Below, in pieces: positions 44,496 through 52,821 of a stretch of DNA of 64,000 nt. Each line of letters starts with the position of its first letter. Position 1 is the first letter of the stretch. Both the position numbers and the translations under genes were made by a program. This stretch comes from Pseudomonadota bacterium (lineage in GTDB: Bacteria; Pseudomonadota; Gammaproteobacteria; Burkholderiales; JBEEJL01): positions 1,051 through 65,050 of the forward strand of contig JAYTVC010000049.1 in NCBI GenBank assembly GCA_043744215.1. The letters run 5' to 3'. The notes under the pieces are model-generated. The model saw only the letters and a program-made list of their open reading frames with translations, did not search any database and was not told the origin of the DNA.

Positions 44496-45575
44496 ATGCA
44501 AAATAACCTGCCGCAAACCAAACCCCTCACTTCTTTGCAAAACGCCGCGCGGATTTTTTCTGGCGCGGCTTTGTTACTTTTGGGCGGCTGGCTGCTACAT
44601 GGATTTGTCATCGCGCTGGCATGGGCCGTGGTGATTGCCATTGCCACATGGCCGACCTACCAGAAATTTTCCCAACGCCTGTCGCAGAAATCAGGTCACG
44701 TTCTTGCGCCGACTTTGTTCACCTTGTTTGTCGGCGCGGTACTGATTATTCCGCTCGCTTATGCGGCAATCCAAATTACCCACGAATCAAAATTAGTGAT
44801 GGCGTGGGCGAGCAGTGTACAAAACACGGGTGTTGCCGTGCCCGACTGGGTGGCGCGCATTCCCGCCGTTGGCGCGCGCGTGGCGGAATGGTGGCAACAA
44901 AATCTGAGTGATCCGGCCGCCGCAAAAGAATTGCTCGGGCAAATCGAGCCAGGCAAAGTAGTAGAGTGGACTAAAACTTTCGGCGTGCAGGTGTTACATC
45001 GTAGCGCGATGTTGGGTTTCACGTTGCTGACATTATTCTTTCTCTACCAGCACGGCCAGACACTGGCGCGGCAAATATCCCATGTAGCGCGCAGCGCGTT
45101 GGGCGACGCAGGCGCACGATACGGTGAGCACACGGCATCGGCGGTGCAGGCCACTGTGAATGGTTTGGTGCTCGTAGGTTTGGGCGAGGGTGTGCTGCTC
45201 GGCATCGCCTATGCGGTATGTGGCTTGCCCCACGCAGCCATGCTCGGCGCGCTGACAGGAATATTGGCGATGATTCCTTTTGCTGCACCGGTTATTTTTG
45301 GTGGCGCAGCACTGGTGTTGTTTGCGCAGGGGAGTGTGACGGCCGCGATTGGTCTCGCGGTGTTTGGCGGTGTAGTGTTATTCATCGCCGACCACTTCAT
45401 CCGCCCCGCGCTCATCGGGGGTGCGGCGCGCTTGCCGTTTTTGTGGGTACTGTTAGGCATTCTCGGTGGATTGGAAACTTTGGGACTGATCGGATTATTT
45501 CTCGGCCCGGCCATCATGGCGGCGCTGATTTCGTTGTGGCGGGATAGTGTGAGCGGTGAAGTAAACGCGAAATAG
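44496..45575 (+). CDS. AI-2E family transporter (PerM/YhhT-like)
   Basis: It is a polytopic membrane protein with the characteristic C-terminal half (GLLGALTGILAMIPF..., GGLETLGLIGLFLGP). Confidence 0.75.
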   Translation: MQNNLPQTKPLTSLQNAARIFSGAALLLLGGWLLHGFVIALAWAVVIAIATWPTYQKFSQRLSQKSGHVLAPTLFTLFVGAVLIIPLAYAAIQITHESKLVMAWASSVQNTGVAVPDWVARIPAVGARVAEWWQQNLSDPAAAKELLGQIEPGKVVEWTKTFGVQVLHRSAMLGFTLLTLFFLYQHGQTLARQISHVARSALGDAGARYGEHTASAVQATVNGLVLVGLGEGVLLGIAYAVCGLPHAAMLGALTGILAMIPFAAPVIFGGAALVLFAQGSVTAAIGLAVFGGVVLFIADHFIRPALIGGAARLPFLWVLLGILGGLETLGLIGLFLGPAIMAALISLWRDSVSGEVNAK

Positions 45576-45579
45576 GAAC

Positions 45580-45667
45580 GTAGGTCAGGTTGCGGCGCGG
45601 TTTTTTGCGACGTTACCTGACAGAGCACATAAGGAAAGTCAGGTAGCCTTTCGGCAACCTGACCTAC
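45580..45667. repeat. REP family D composite (inverted pair)
   Basis: gtaggtcaggttgc...gcaacctgacctac. The first 44 bp repeat 44235-44277. Confidence 0.8.
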
Positions 45668-45708
45668 ACATTTCAAGTGCTGCGTCGGCAAAGGATTGCC
45701 GACCTACA

Positions 45709-45797
45709 AAATCACAAATCATAAATCACAAATCACAAATCACAAATCACAAATCACAAATCACAAATCACAAATCACAAATCACAAATCACAAATC
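45709..45797. repeat. Heptanucleotide tandem repeat (AAATCAC)n, 12 full units plus 5 nt
   Basis: I counted the units directly. The second unit is AAATCAT and the rest are identical. The array runs into the TAG stop (45797-45799, minus strand) of the GST gene. Confidence 0.95.
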
Positions 45798-46399
45798 TAC
45801 GCCGGCATCTCGATGTAATCCGCCTGCACTTTCACCCGCGCCATCCACGCATTGATTGACGGATACGCCGCCAAATCAAATCCGCCCTCGTGCGCCACAT
45901 GGGTGTAAGCATAGAGGCAGATATCTGCGATGGTGTAGCGGCTGCCGACAAAAAACTTGTTGGCGCTTAAATGTTTTTCCATCACGCCCAGCGCCTCATA
46001 GCCCGGCGCCATTTTACTGTCCAGCCTGGCCCGCTGTTCTGGCGGATTACCCAAATACAATTTGATATAGCGCGCCGTCGCAATATTTGGCTCGTGGCTG
46101 TATTGCTCAAAAAACAGCCATTGCAACACCTGGGCACGCTGGAATTTATCGTTAGGCAAAAATGGTGTGCCATCGGCGAGATAAAATAAAATCGCGTTCG
46201 ATTCGGGCAAATATTGGCCGGGTGAAATTTCCAGTAGAGGAATTCTGCCGTTAAAATTTCTTGCCAGAAACTCCGGCGTGCGCGATTCGTTATGGGTGAT
46301 ATCGACTTTGATGAATGCATATTGCTGGCGCAATTGCGACAACAGCAACGCCACTTTGAAGCAGTTACCGGATTTCAAATCGCCGTAAAGTTTGAACAT
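45797..46399 (-). CDS. Glutathione S-transferase
   Basis: The thioredoxin-like N-terminal domain contains MFKLYGDLKSGNCFKV...GRIPLLE, and there is a helical C-terminal domain. I take the start at ATG 46399, because the ORF-track N-terminal extension translates a REP element. Confidence 0.8.
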   Translation of the reverse strand: MFKLYGDLKSGNCFKVALLLSQLRQQYAFIKVDITHNESRTPEFLARNFNGRIPLLEISPGQYLPESNAILFYLADGTPFLPNDKFQRAQVLQWLFFEQYSHEPNIATARYIKLYLGNPPEQRARLDSKMAPGYEALGVMEKHLSANKFFVGSRYTIADICLYAYTHVAHEGGFDLAAYPSINAWMARVKVQADYIEMPA

Positions 46400-46428
46400 A
46401 GGCGTTGTCAAAATAAAATGATTCCACG

Positions 46429-46519
46429 AGTAGGATAGGCAAAGCGATAGCGTGCCCATGATGATTTAAAACATTTGATGGGCACAACCGCGAAAGGCAC
46501 GCGGGCTTTGCCCATCTCA
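46429..46519. repeat. REP family A element (imperfect inverted pair)
   Basis: gtaggataggcaaagcgatagcgtgcccat ... gatgggcac...ctttgcccatctcac. Confidence 0.75.
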
Positions 46520-46530
46520 CATAGTATTAT

Positions 46531-46557
46531 AATATATTCAATGTAATCAAATGGTTA
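46531..46557 (-). repeat. 27-bp AT-rich intergenic motif copy
   Basis: The reverse strand reads taaccatttgattacattgaatatatt. It overlaps the last codons and stop of the quinone oxidoreductase gene. Confidence 0.5.
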
Positions 46558-47521
46558 GCACAATTTTCCCTATGGCCTTACGATTCATCAAATCGTTCAG
46601 CGCGTCCGCTGCTTTTGCCAGCGGGTACGTTGCCGAGATATGCGGCTTGAGTTTGCCTTGCATGAACCACATGCCCAACTCGCGCAAACTTGCGGCGTTG
46701 TTTTTTGGCTCGCGTTTGGTGAAGTCGCCCCAGAATACGCCGACGATGGAGCAGCCTTTTAACAGCGTGAGGTTCAATGGAATCTTAGGAATCTCGCCCG
46801 CCGCAAATCCGACCACGAGCAATCGGCCTTTCCACGCCATGCTGCGCAATGCAGGCTCGGTGTAGGCGCCGCCGACTGCGTCGTAAATCACATCGACACT
46901 TTTACCGTCGGTGATTTCCTTGATGCGCTCGCGTAAATCCTGCGTCGAATAATTAATCAGATCATCCGCGCCGTGTTGTTTGCACACCGCGAGTTTATCG
47001 TCGGTCGAGGCGGCGGCGATGACTTTTGCGCCCATAATTTTTCCGAGTTCGACTGCGGCAAGGCCGACGCCGCCCGCTGCGCCGAGTACGAGCAAGGTTT
47101 CACCCGGTTGGATTTGCGCGCGGTCTTTCAATGCGTGATGCGATGTGCCGTAGGTCATGACGAAGGCCGAAGCGATGGGGAAGTCCATGCCATCGGGAAT
47201 CGGGATCAGGCGCGCGGCGTCGGTAAGCACTTCTTCCGCAAAGCCGCCCCAGCCGGTAAACGCAATCACGCGGTCGCCAACCTTTACGTTAGCCACGCCT
47301 TCGCCGATTTGTTTCACCACACCGGCCACTTCGCCGCCAGGTGAGAAGGGCAATTCCGGTTTGAACTGATATTTGTTTTGAATAATCAGCGTGTCGGGAA
47401 AATTCACCCCACAGGCTTTGACTTCTAATACTACTTTGCCTGCGCTGATCTGCAATGCGGGGACTTCTTCTAAAACCAGGGTTTCTGGTAATCCGTGCTG
47501 TTTGCATAACATAGCTTTCAT
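46547..47521 (-). CDS. NADPH:quinone oxidoreductase (zeta-crystallin-like MDR)
   Basis: It has the MDR fold with AAGGVG cofactor motif and MKAMLCKQHGLPETLVLEEVP. I take the start at ATG 47521. Confidence 0.8.
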   Translation of the reverse strand: MKAMLCKQHGLPETLVLEEVPALQISAGKVVLEVKACGVNFPDTLIIQNKYQFKPELPFSPGGEVAGVVKQIGEGVANVKVGDRVIAFTGWGGFAEEVLTDAARLIPIPDGMDFPIASAFVMTYGTSHHALKDRAQIQPGETLLVLGAAGGVGLAAVELGKIMGAKVIAAASTDDKLAVCKQHGADDLINYSTQDLRERIKEITDGKSVDVIYDAVGGAYTEPALRSMAWKGRLLVVGFAAGEIPKIPLNLTLLKGCSIVGVFWGDFTKREPKNNAASLRELGMWFMQGKLKPHISATYPLAKAADALNDLMNRKAIGKIVLTI

Positions 47522-47802
47522 AAGCGAGGCCTTTAAAAAATTTTTAATAATCAAGATGTCAGGTTTTGGTTGCGGTGCAATAGAACAGGTGCCACGAATA
47601 TATCTCAAACTAAGCAGAAACATTATTTTTGCAAAATGAGTTTAATTCTCCGGCTTTGCTACTAGACTTAACGAAATAATTTTGTTTCAAACGCGGGTTG
47701 TAATTAGCCGATTATTACCTATGGTTATCTGAAGCGTGTAATTATTTTGTTGCGGTAGCTGCTGTTTTATAAATCAGTCGGACAAATAATCAGGAGGATG
47801 TA

Positions 47803-48420
47803 ATGAAGACGATTCCGATTTTTAATTTTACTGAATGTGAAGAGCCATCGGGCGATGTGCCGAAACTCAATCTGCCGCTCACACGCCGCGAATTCCTCAA
47901 AGGCAGCGGCGTGCTGATGGGCACTATTGCGGCGGGTAGTATGCTGTCGTTTCTGGCACCGTCGTCGGTTTGGGCGGTAGAAATGAAAGTGCTTAGCGAA
48001 GCGGAAGGCACTGCCGTTTTGAAAATGGCGCAAACCTTGTTTCCGCACAAAAAGCTTGCTGATGCCGCCTACGCTCTGGTGGTGAAAGACCTGGACGCTG
48101 GTGCGGCCAGCGATGCTAAAAGCGCTAGCGCATTGAAAAATGGTGTGGCTGCATTGAACAAAGCCGCAGGCGGAAATTTTGCCAGCGCGCCGTATGAAAA
48201 GCGTCTGGAAATTATTAAAGGTATGGAAGGTGATGCATTTTTTAATGCCGTGCGCGGTAAATGCGTGACCTCGCTTTACGATAATGACATCGCCTATGTG
48301 GCATTCGGTTACCCGGGCAGCTCCTGGGACAAAGGCGGCTATATCACCCGCGGCTTCCAGGACCTTAAATGGCTGCCGGAACCGTCGCCGGAGGAAAGTC
48401 CTAAGCCGTACATGGGTTGA
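47803..48420 (+). CDS. Tat-exported small subunit of GMC-type dehydrogenase (gluconate 2-dehydrogenase subunit 3 family)
   Basis: It has the twin-arginine signal TRREFLKGSGVLMGTIAAG...VWA. It sits directly upstream of a GMC flavoprotein. Confidence 0.65.
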   Translation: MKTIPIFNFTECEEPSGDVPKLNLPLTRREFLKGSGVLMGTIAAGSMLSFLAPSSVWAVEMKVLSEAEGTAVLKMAQTLFPHKKLADAAYALVVKDLDAGAASDAKSASALKNGVAALNKAAGGNFASAPYEKRLEIIKGMEGDAFFNAVRGKCVTSLYDNDIAYVAFGYPGSSWDKGGYITRGFQDLKWLPEPSPEESPKPYMG

Positions 48421-48452
48421 TTCTAAAAAATACACTTCAGGAGGAATGCAAA

Positions 48453-50021
48453 ATGGCAACATTTCCGCAAACGGATGACGGTATCGTCGTCATCATCGGT
48501 TCTGGCGCAGGCGGCGGTACATTAGCTAATGAGTTGGCGCAAAAAGGCATCAAAGTGGTGGTGTTGGAAGCGGGGGCAGTGCAATCGCCTTCCTCTTTTA
48601 TCAACGATGAATGGAAATCTTTCGGGCAGCTGGCATGGCTGGATAACCGCACCACCTCAGGAACCTTTCGTTTAGCCAAAGATTTTCCCAATTTGCCGAC
48701 ATGGATTTGCAAAACTGCAGGCGGCACGACCACGCACTGGGCCGGTGCATCGTTGCGGCTTCAGGAATACGAGTTCCGCGCGCGCACGGTGTATGGTGAT
48801 ATTTCCGACGCAAATCTGATGGACTGGCCGCTCACGCTGGGCGAACTGGAGCCGTGGTACGCTAAGGCAGAAGATAAAATGGGCGTGACCCGCACCAACG
48901 GCATCCCCGGATTGCCCGGCAACAATAATTATAAGGTATTGAGTGCCGGTGCAAAAAAACTCGGCTACAAACAAGTACACACCGGCAATATGGCGATCAA
49001 CAGCCAGCCGCGCGACGATCGTGGCCGTTGCATGCAAATCGGTTTTTGCTTTCAAGGATGCAAATCCGGGGCCAAATGGTCGGTGCTTTACACCGAACTG
49101 CCGAAAGCGGAAAAAACCGGCAACTTTGAATTGCGCGCCGAATGTCATGTCAGCAAAATTGAGCACGACGCCAGCGGCAAAGCGTCTGCTGTCATTTATT
49201 TCGACAAAGACGGCAAAGAGCAAAGGCAAAAAGCGCGCATCGTATGCGTAGCAGGCAATTCGATTGAAACCCCGCGCCTGCTGCTGCTATCAGCATCGTC
49301 GAAATTTCCCGATGGTCTCGCCAACACTTCTGGCCAGGTCGGGCGTAATTACATGCGTCATATGACAGGCTCGGTTTACGGCGTGTTCAAGGAGCCGGTA
49401 CACATGTACAAAGGCACCACCATGGCCGGCATTATCAAAGATGAATCGAAAAACGACACCAAACGCGGCTTTGTCGGCGGCTATGAAATGGAAACCTTGT
49501 CGCTCGGCATTCCGTTCATGGCGGCATTCCTCAACCCTGGCGGCTGGGGAGAAGAGTTCGCCTACTACATGGATAATTATGCCAATTTGGCCGGCATGTG
49601 GCTGGTGGGCGAAGACATGCCGCGCGCCACCAACCGCGTCACCTTGAACGCGACGTTAAAAGACAAATGGGGCTTGGCGATTCCCCATGTGCATTTCGAT
49701 GATCATGAGAACGACATCGCCATGCGCGAACATGCGTTTACGCAAGGGCAGGCTGTCTATGCCGCTGCGGGGGCAATCAAGTCGTTTCGCACGCCGCCGT
49801 ATCCGTCAACGCATAATATGGGCACGTGCCGCATGGGCAGCAACGCCAACAACAGCGTCTGTAACAAGTTCGGACAAACGCACGACGTTAAAAATTTGTT
49901 CATTTCCGATGGCAGCCAGTTCACCACGGGCGGCTCGGAGAACCCGACGCTCACCATCGTGACGCTCGCCATTCGTCAGGCAGACTATATCGCCAAGCAA
50001 ATGACTGCGCGGTCGATTTAA
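48453..50021 (+). CDS. GMC-family FAD-dependent oxidoreductase
   Basis: It has GSGAGGG (Rossmann FAD motif) near the N-terminus and a GMC C-terminal active-site region (HNMGTCRMG). I take the start at ATG 48453, which follows a caggagga RBS. Confidence 0.85.
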   Translation: MATFPQTDDGIVVIIGSGAGGGTLANELAQKGIKVVVLEAGAVQSPSSFINDEWKSFGQLAWLDNRTTSGTFRLAKDFPNLPTWICKTAGGTTTHWAGASLRLQEYEFRARTVYGDISDANLMDWPLTLGELEPWYAKAEDKMGVTRTNGIPGLPGNNNYKVLSAGAKKLGYKQVHTGNMAINSQPRDDRGRCMQIGFCFQGCKSGAKWSVLYTELPKAEKTGNFELRAECHVSKIEHDASGKASAVIYFDKDGKEQRQKARIVCVAGNSIETPRLLLLSASSKFPDGLANTSGQVGRNYMRHMTGSVYGVFKEPVHMYKGTTMAGIIKDESKNDTKRGFVGGYEMETLSLGIPFMAAFLNPGGWGEEFAYYMDNYANLAGMWLVGEDMPRATNRVTLNATLKDKWGLAIPHVHFDDHENDIAMREHAFTQGQAVYAAAGAIKSFRTPPYPSTHNMGTCRMGSNANNSVCNKFGQTHDVKNLFISDGSQFTTGGSENPTLTIVTLAIRQADYIAKQMTARSI

Positions 50022-50032
50022 GCAATATCGCA

Positions 50033-50065
50033 AATCCGGCGCAGATTTTCTGCGCCGGATTTTTC
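50033..50065 (+). terminator. Rho-independent terminator
   Basis: The stem is atccggcgcaga / tctgcgccggat with loop ttt, followed by a T-run. Confidence 0.75.
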
Positions 50066-50079
50066 GGGAGATAGAAAAG

Positions 50080-50412
50080 ATGTGCGAATTTTTTGTCAAA
50101 GCGGACCCAATTTTGTACGAATCGCGTTCGCGCAGCATACGCATTCATGGCTTGTTAACCACGCTGCGGCTGGAAAATATGATGTGGGAAACCTTGGCGC
50201 AAATAGCGCAAGACGAAGGCCGCACGACCAACAGCCTGCTGGTGCAATTCCATGACGAGATTGTGGCGCATCGCGGTGAGGTAGATAATTTTGCTTCCTT
50301 TTTGCGGGTCACTTGTCTGCGTTACTTGCGGCGTAAATACGACCGCGTGCAGATGAACCTGCCTCGACCCGAAGCAGGGCCGACAGTTGTCAGAATGACT
50401 ACACGAAACTGA
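50080..50412 (+). CDS. Ribbon-helix-helix (RHH_4-like) domain protein
   Basis: SRSIRIHGLLTTLRLENMMWETLAQIAQDEGRTTNSLLVQF matches the RHH_4 pattern (RSvRl.G..TSl.LE..FW..L..iA). Confidence 0.6.
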   Translation: MCEFFVKADPILYESRSRSIRIHGLLTTLRLENMMWETLAQIAQDEGRTTNSLLVQFHDEIVAHRGEVDNFASFLRVTCLRYLRRKYDRVQMNLPRPEAGPTVVRMTTRN

Positions 50413-50435
50413 AGCTAATACTACTTGAGACTGCT

Positions 50436-50831
50436 ATGCCCAAAATGATTCATACCATGATCCGCGTGATGGACCTGGAAAAATCCGTGAAATTTTATCG
50501 CGAAGCATTTGATTTTGCTCCTTCGCATGCGCTGGATTTTCCTGATTTCAACTTGACTTACTTGCGCAATAAAGAGAACGACGTCGAAATCGAGCTCACC
50601 TTGAACAAAGGCCGAAGTGAGCCTTACACGCACGGTACTGGCTACGGCCATTATGCATTTGCAGTGGATAATTTAGATGCGGAACATGCGAAGTTGGAAA
50701 AACTTGGCTACGCGCCTTTGCAGATAAAAGAATTCAAGCGCGGTGATGAATTATTAGCCCGATTTTTTTTCGTTACCGACCCGGATGGCTACAAGATCGA
50801 AGTCCTGCAAAAACACGGGCATTACGTTTGA
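50436..50831 (+). CDS. VOC-family protein, lactoylglutathione lyase (glyoxalase I)-like
   Basis: MIHTMIRVMDLEKSVKFYREAF...IELT...GYGHYAF...DPDGYKIEV is colinear with GloA-type enzymes. Confidence 0.7.
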   Translation: MPKMIHTMIRVMDLEKSVKFYREAFDFAPSHALDFPDFNLTYLRNKENDVEIELTLNKGRSEPYTHGTGYGHYAFAVDNLDAEHAKLEKLGYAPLQIKEFKRGDELLARFFFVTDPDGYKIEVLQKHGHYV

Positions 50832-50863
50832 TTCAATCATTTATTTGTCATTCTTCGCATCAC

Positions 50864-50890
50864 AAAAAATTGAATAAAATCATATAGTTA
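50864..50890 (-). repeat. 27-bp AT-rich intergenic motif copy
   Basis: The reverse strand reads taactatatgattttattcaatttttt. It lies between convergent 3-prime ends. Confidence 0.55.
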
Positions 50891-50901
50891 CGAGTAATTC
50901 A

Positions 50902-51783
50902 TTATTCGATAAATTGGCGGATGAATGCATTTACCTGTTGCGGTTTTTCATGACTCACCCAATGCGAACCATCGGCGATTCGTTTCACAGTCAAGTCGCT
51001 TACGTATTCTTCCAGACCGTCAAGATTGCTGGTCAACAACGCGGTATCTTGTTCGCCCCAGATCACCAGCGTCGGTACACGCACATGAAATTGTGCCGGG
51101 TCGAGATTGAGCGCTTTCGGCCCCGGATCATTTTCTGTCGGCGGATACATCGGCGACGCGCGATAGTAATTCAAGCCGCCGGTGAGTGCGCCGGGTTGTG
51201 ACCAGGCTTCGATATATTTTGTTTTGACTTCTTCGGTGAGCCATGTGCTGTTCATGCCCATTTTCAACATGCCGCAAAGGCGCGCGAAATTATTTTCCTG
51301 CAACACTCCCTCGGCTTTGTCGGTGCGGAAAAAATTCATATAGCCGCTCGCCGCCTGCTGTGCCGGATTGTGAATCAGCTCGCGCATGAAAGTGAGTGGA
51401 TGCGGTGAATTGATGATAATAAGTTTTTCAATCAGCGCCGGATGCGCAATCGCCATCTGCCATGCCGCCGCGCCGCCCCAATCATGCGCCACCAGAATAA
51501 ATTTTTCATAGCCGAGATGCGCGGCAAGCTGGCGTAAATCCTCGACGATATGTTGCGCGCGATACTGTTTGACTTCAGTCGGCTTGGAAGAAAGATTAAA
51601 GCCGCGCAAATCCGGCGCAACGGAGAAATAGTCTTTGCCGAATTCCAGCAACTGGTTTTCCCACTCGTACCAGAATTCGGGAAAGCCATGTACGAATAAA
51701 ATCAGCTTGCGATTTTTCGCTTCGCCCGAGGCAACATAATGCAGGCGGATGTTATTGACGTCGGCGTAATGGTGTTGCAGCAT
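50902..51783 (-). CDS. Alpha/beta hydrolase, epoxide-hydrolase-like
   Basis: It has HGFPEFWYEW and the HDWGG Asp-nucleophile motif. I take the start at ATG 51783, which has an aaggat RBS. Confidence 0.8.
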   Translation of the reverse strand: MLQHHYADVNNIRLHYVASGEAKNRKLILFVHGFPEFWYEWENQLLEFGKDYFSVAPDLRGFNLSSKPTEVKQYRAQHIVEDLRQLAAHLGYEKFILVAHDWGGAAAWQMAIAHPALIEKLIIINSPHPLTFMRELIHNPAQQAASGYMNFFRTDKAEGVLQENNFARLCGMLKMGMNSTWLTEEVKTKYIEAWSQPGALTGGLNYYRASPMYPPTENDPGPKALNLDPAQFHVRVPTLVIWGEQDTALLTSNLDGLEEYVSDLTVKRIADGSHWVSHEKPQQVNAFIRQFIE

Positions 51784-51794
51784 GACTGATCCTT

Positions 51795-52580
51795 TCAAGT
51801 CTTATTAAACACCGGCGCGCGTTTTTCTAAAAACGCCGTGATGCCCTCGCCGCAATCGGGCGAATGCAGGCTTTCAACAAAATTGTCGCGCTCGCGATCA
51901 AGCTGCGCCTGAAAATCTCCGGCATAGGCCGCGTTTACCAATTGTTTGATGCGGCCCATGGAACCATGAGGGCCGCGCGCCAATTTTTGCGCCCATTTCA
52001 TTGCCTCTTCCAATGCTTCGCCCGGTGCGACAGCGCGGTTGATGACGCCTAGCGCATGCAAGCGTGGCGTGGCGACGGTTGTGCCTTCGATGGCAAGCTC
52101 TGTGGTGAGTTGGCGTGGCAGCAATTGCGCGAGCGACGCCGTGCCACCGCCGTCGGGCGTGAGGCCGACTTTCACATAGGCCATGCTGAAGCGGGCATCT
52201 TCTGCAGCGACAATCATGTCGCATGCGAGCACGATAGAAAAACCTGCGCCCGCCGCGTTGCCTTCTACCGCCGCGAGTACGGGTTTGGGAAATGATTTGA
52301 TGGCATGGATAAATCCGTGCAATTGCTCAATACCTTTTGCCGTGTTTTCCTTTGGCAGCGCGCGGCCTTTGATGATCTGGCTGAGATCGCCGCCGCTGCA
52401 AAAATTGCTGTCCGCGCCGGTGATAATTGCTGCGCCGATGTTGTTGTCGCTCGCAGCCTTTCCCAATTCGCGCGCGCCGATTTCATACATCCCGTGAGAT
52501 AGCGCGTTGCGTTTTTCCGGATTGCTGATGGTGAGCAGCAACACATTGTTGCGGCGTTCGACGAGGAGGGTGGCGGTCAT
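51795..52580 (-). CDS. Enoyl-CoA hydratase/isomerase
   Basis: It has crotonase motifs (NPEKRNAL, FCSGGDL, AAVEGNAAGAGFS). I take the start at ATG 52580. The ORF-track N-terminal extension runs into a REP element. Confidence 0.85.
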   Translation of the reverse strand: MTATLLVERRNNVLLLTISNPEKRNALSHGMYEIGARELGKAASDNNIGAAIITGADSNFCSGGDLSQIIKGRALPKENTAKGIEQLHGFIHAIKSFPKPVLAAVEGNAAGAGFSIVLACDMIVAAEDARFSMAYVKVGLTPDGGGTASLAQLLPRQLTTELAIEGTTVATPRLHALGVINRAVAPGEALEEAMKWAQKLARGPHGSMGRIKQLVNAAYAGDFQAQLDRERDNFVESLHSPDCGEGITAFLEKRAPVFNKT

Positions 52581-52745
52581 GTTGTGGCTCCGGTATTTTG
52601 TGGGAACACATCCTTGGATGGGGAGGAGGATTGCTTTCGGTGGCGTATCTCGGGACGCGCTATGCGGGGGCGGAAACGGTGCGCGGTGTGGTCGCATGAC
52701 ACAACGATAACGGTGCTAGTGCACGCTCCCGCCACTGAAACGACA

Positions 52746-52786
52746 CCCATCCCCACTCTGGCCCTCCCCTTGAAGGGGAGGGGAAG
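52746..52786. repeat. REP family B element
   Basis: cccatccccactctggccctccccttgaaggggaggggaagc. Confidence 0.75.
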
Positions 52787-52821
52787 CGCACAATCGGCTG
52801 CGTCGATATTTCATAAAAAGG

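Noticed and set aside
45709-45797. The heptamer array as a classical phase-variation switch, either in-frame in a coding region or in promoter spacing.
   Set aside because: It lies between two convergent 3-prime ends and touches only the stop codon of the GST gene. No promoter or ORF currently spans it, so I report it only as a hypermutable tandem repeat.
46400-46459. ORF-track N-terminal extensions of the GST (46400-46459), quinone oxidoreductase (47522-47623), crotonase (52581-52697), Rieske oxygenase (21551-21634) and tadC (9405-9491) genes.
   Set aside because: The extensions translate REP elements or the 3-prime end of the upstream gene. Internal ATGs with RBS or ATGA coupling give proteins that start where the homologous families start.
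47767-48462. A 231-aa minus-strand ORF covering the whole 47803-48420 region.
   Set aside because: The plus-strand ORF has a textbook twin-arginine signal and sits in operon context with the GMC flavoprotein. The minus-strand translation is Arg/His/Phe-rich with no recognisable features.
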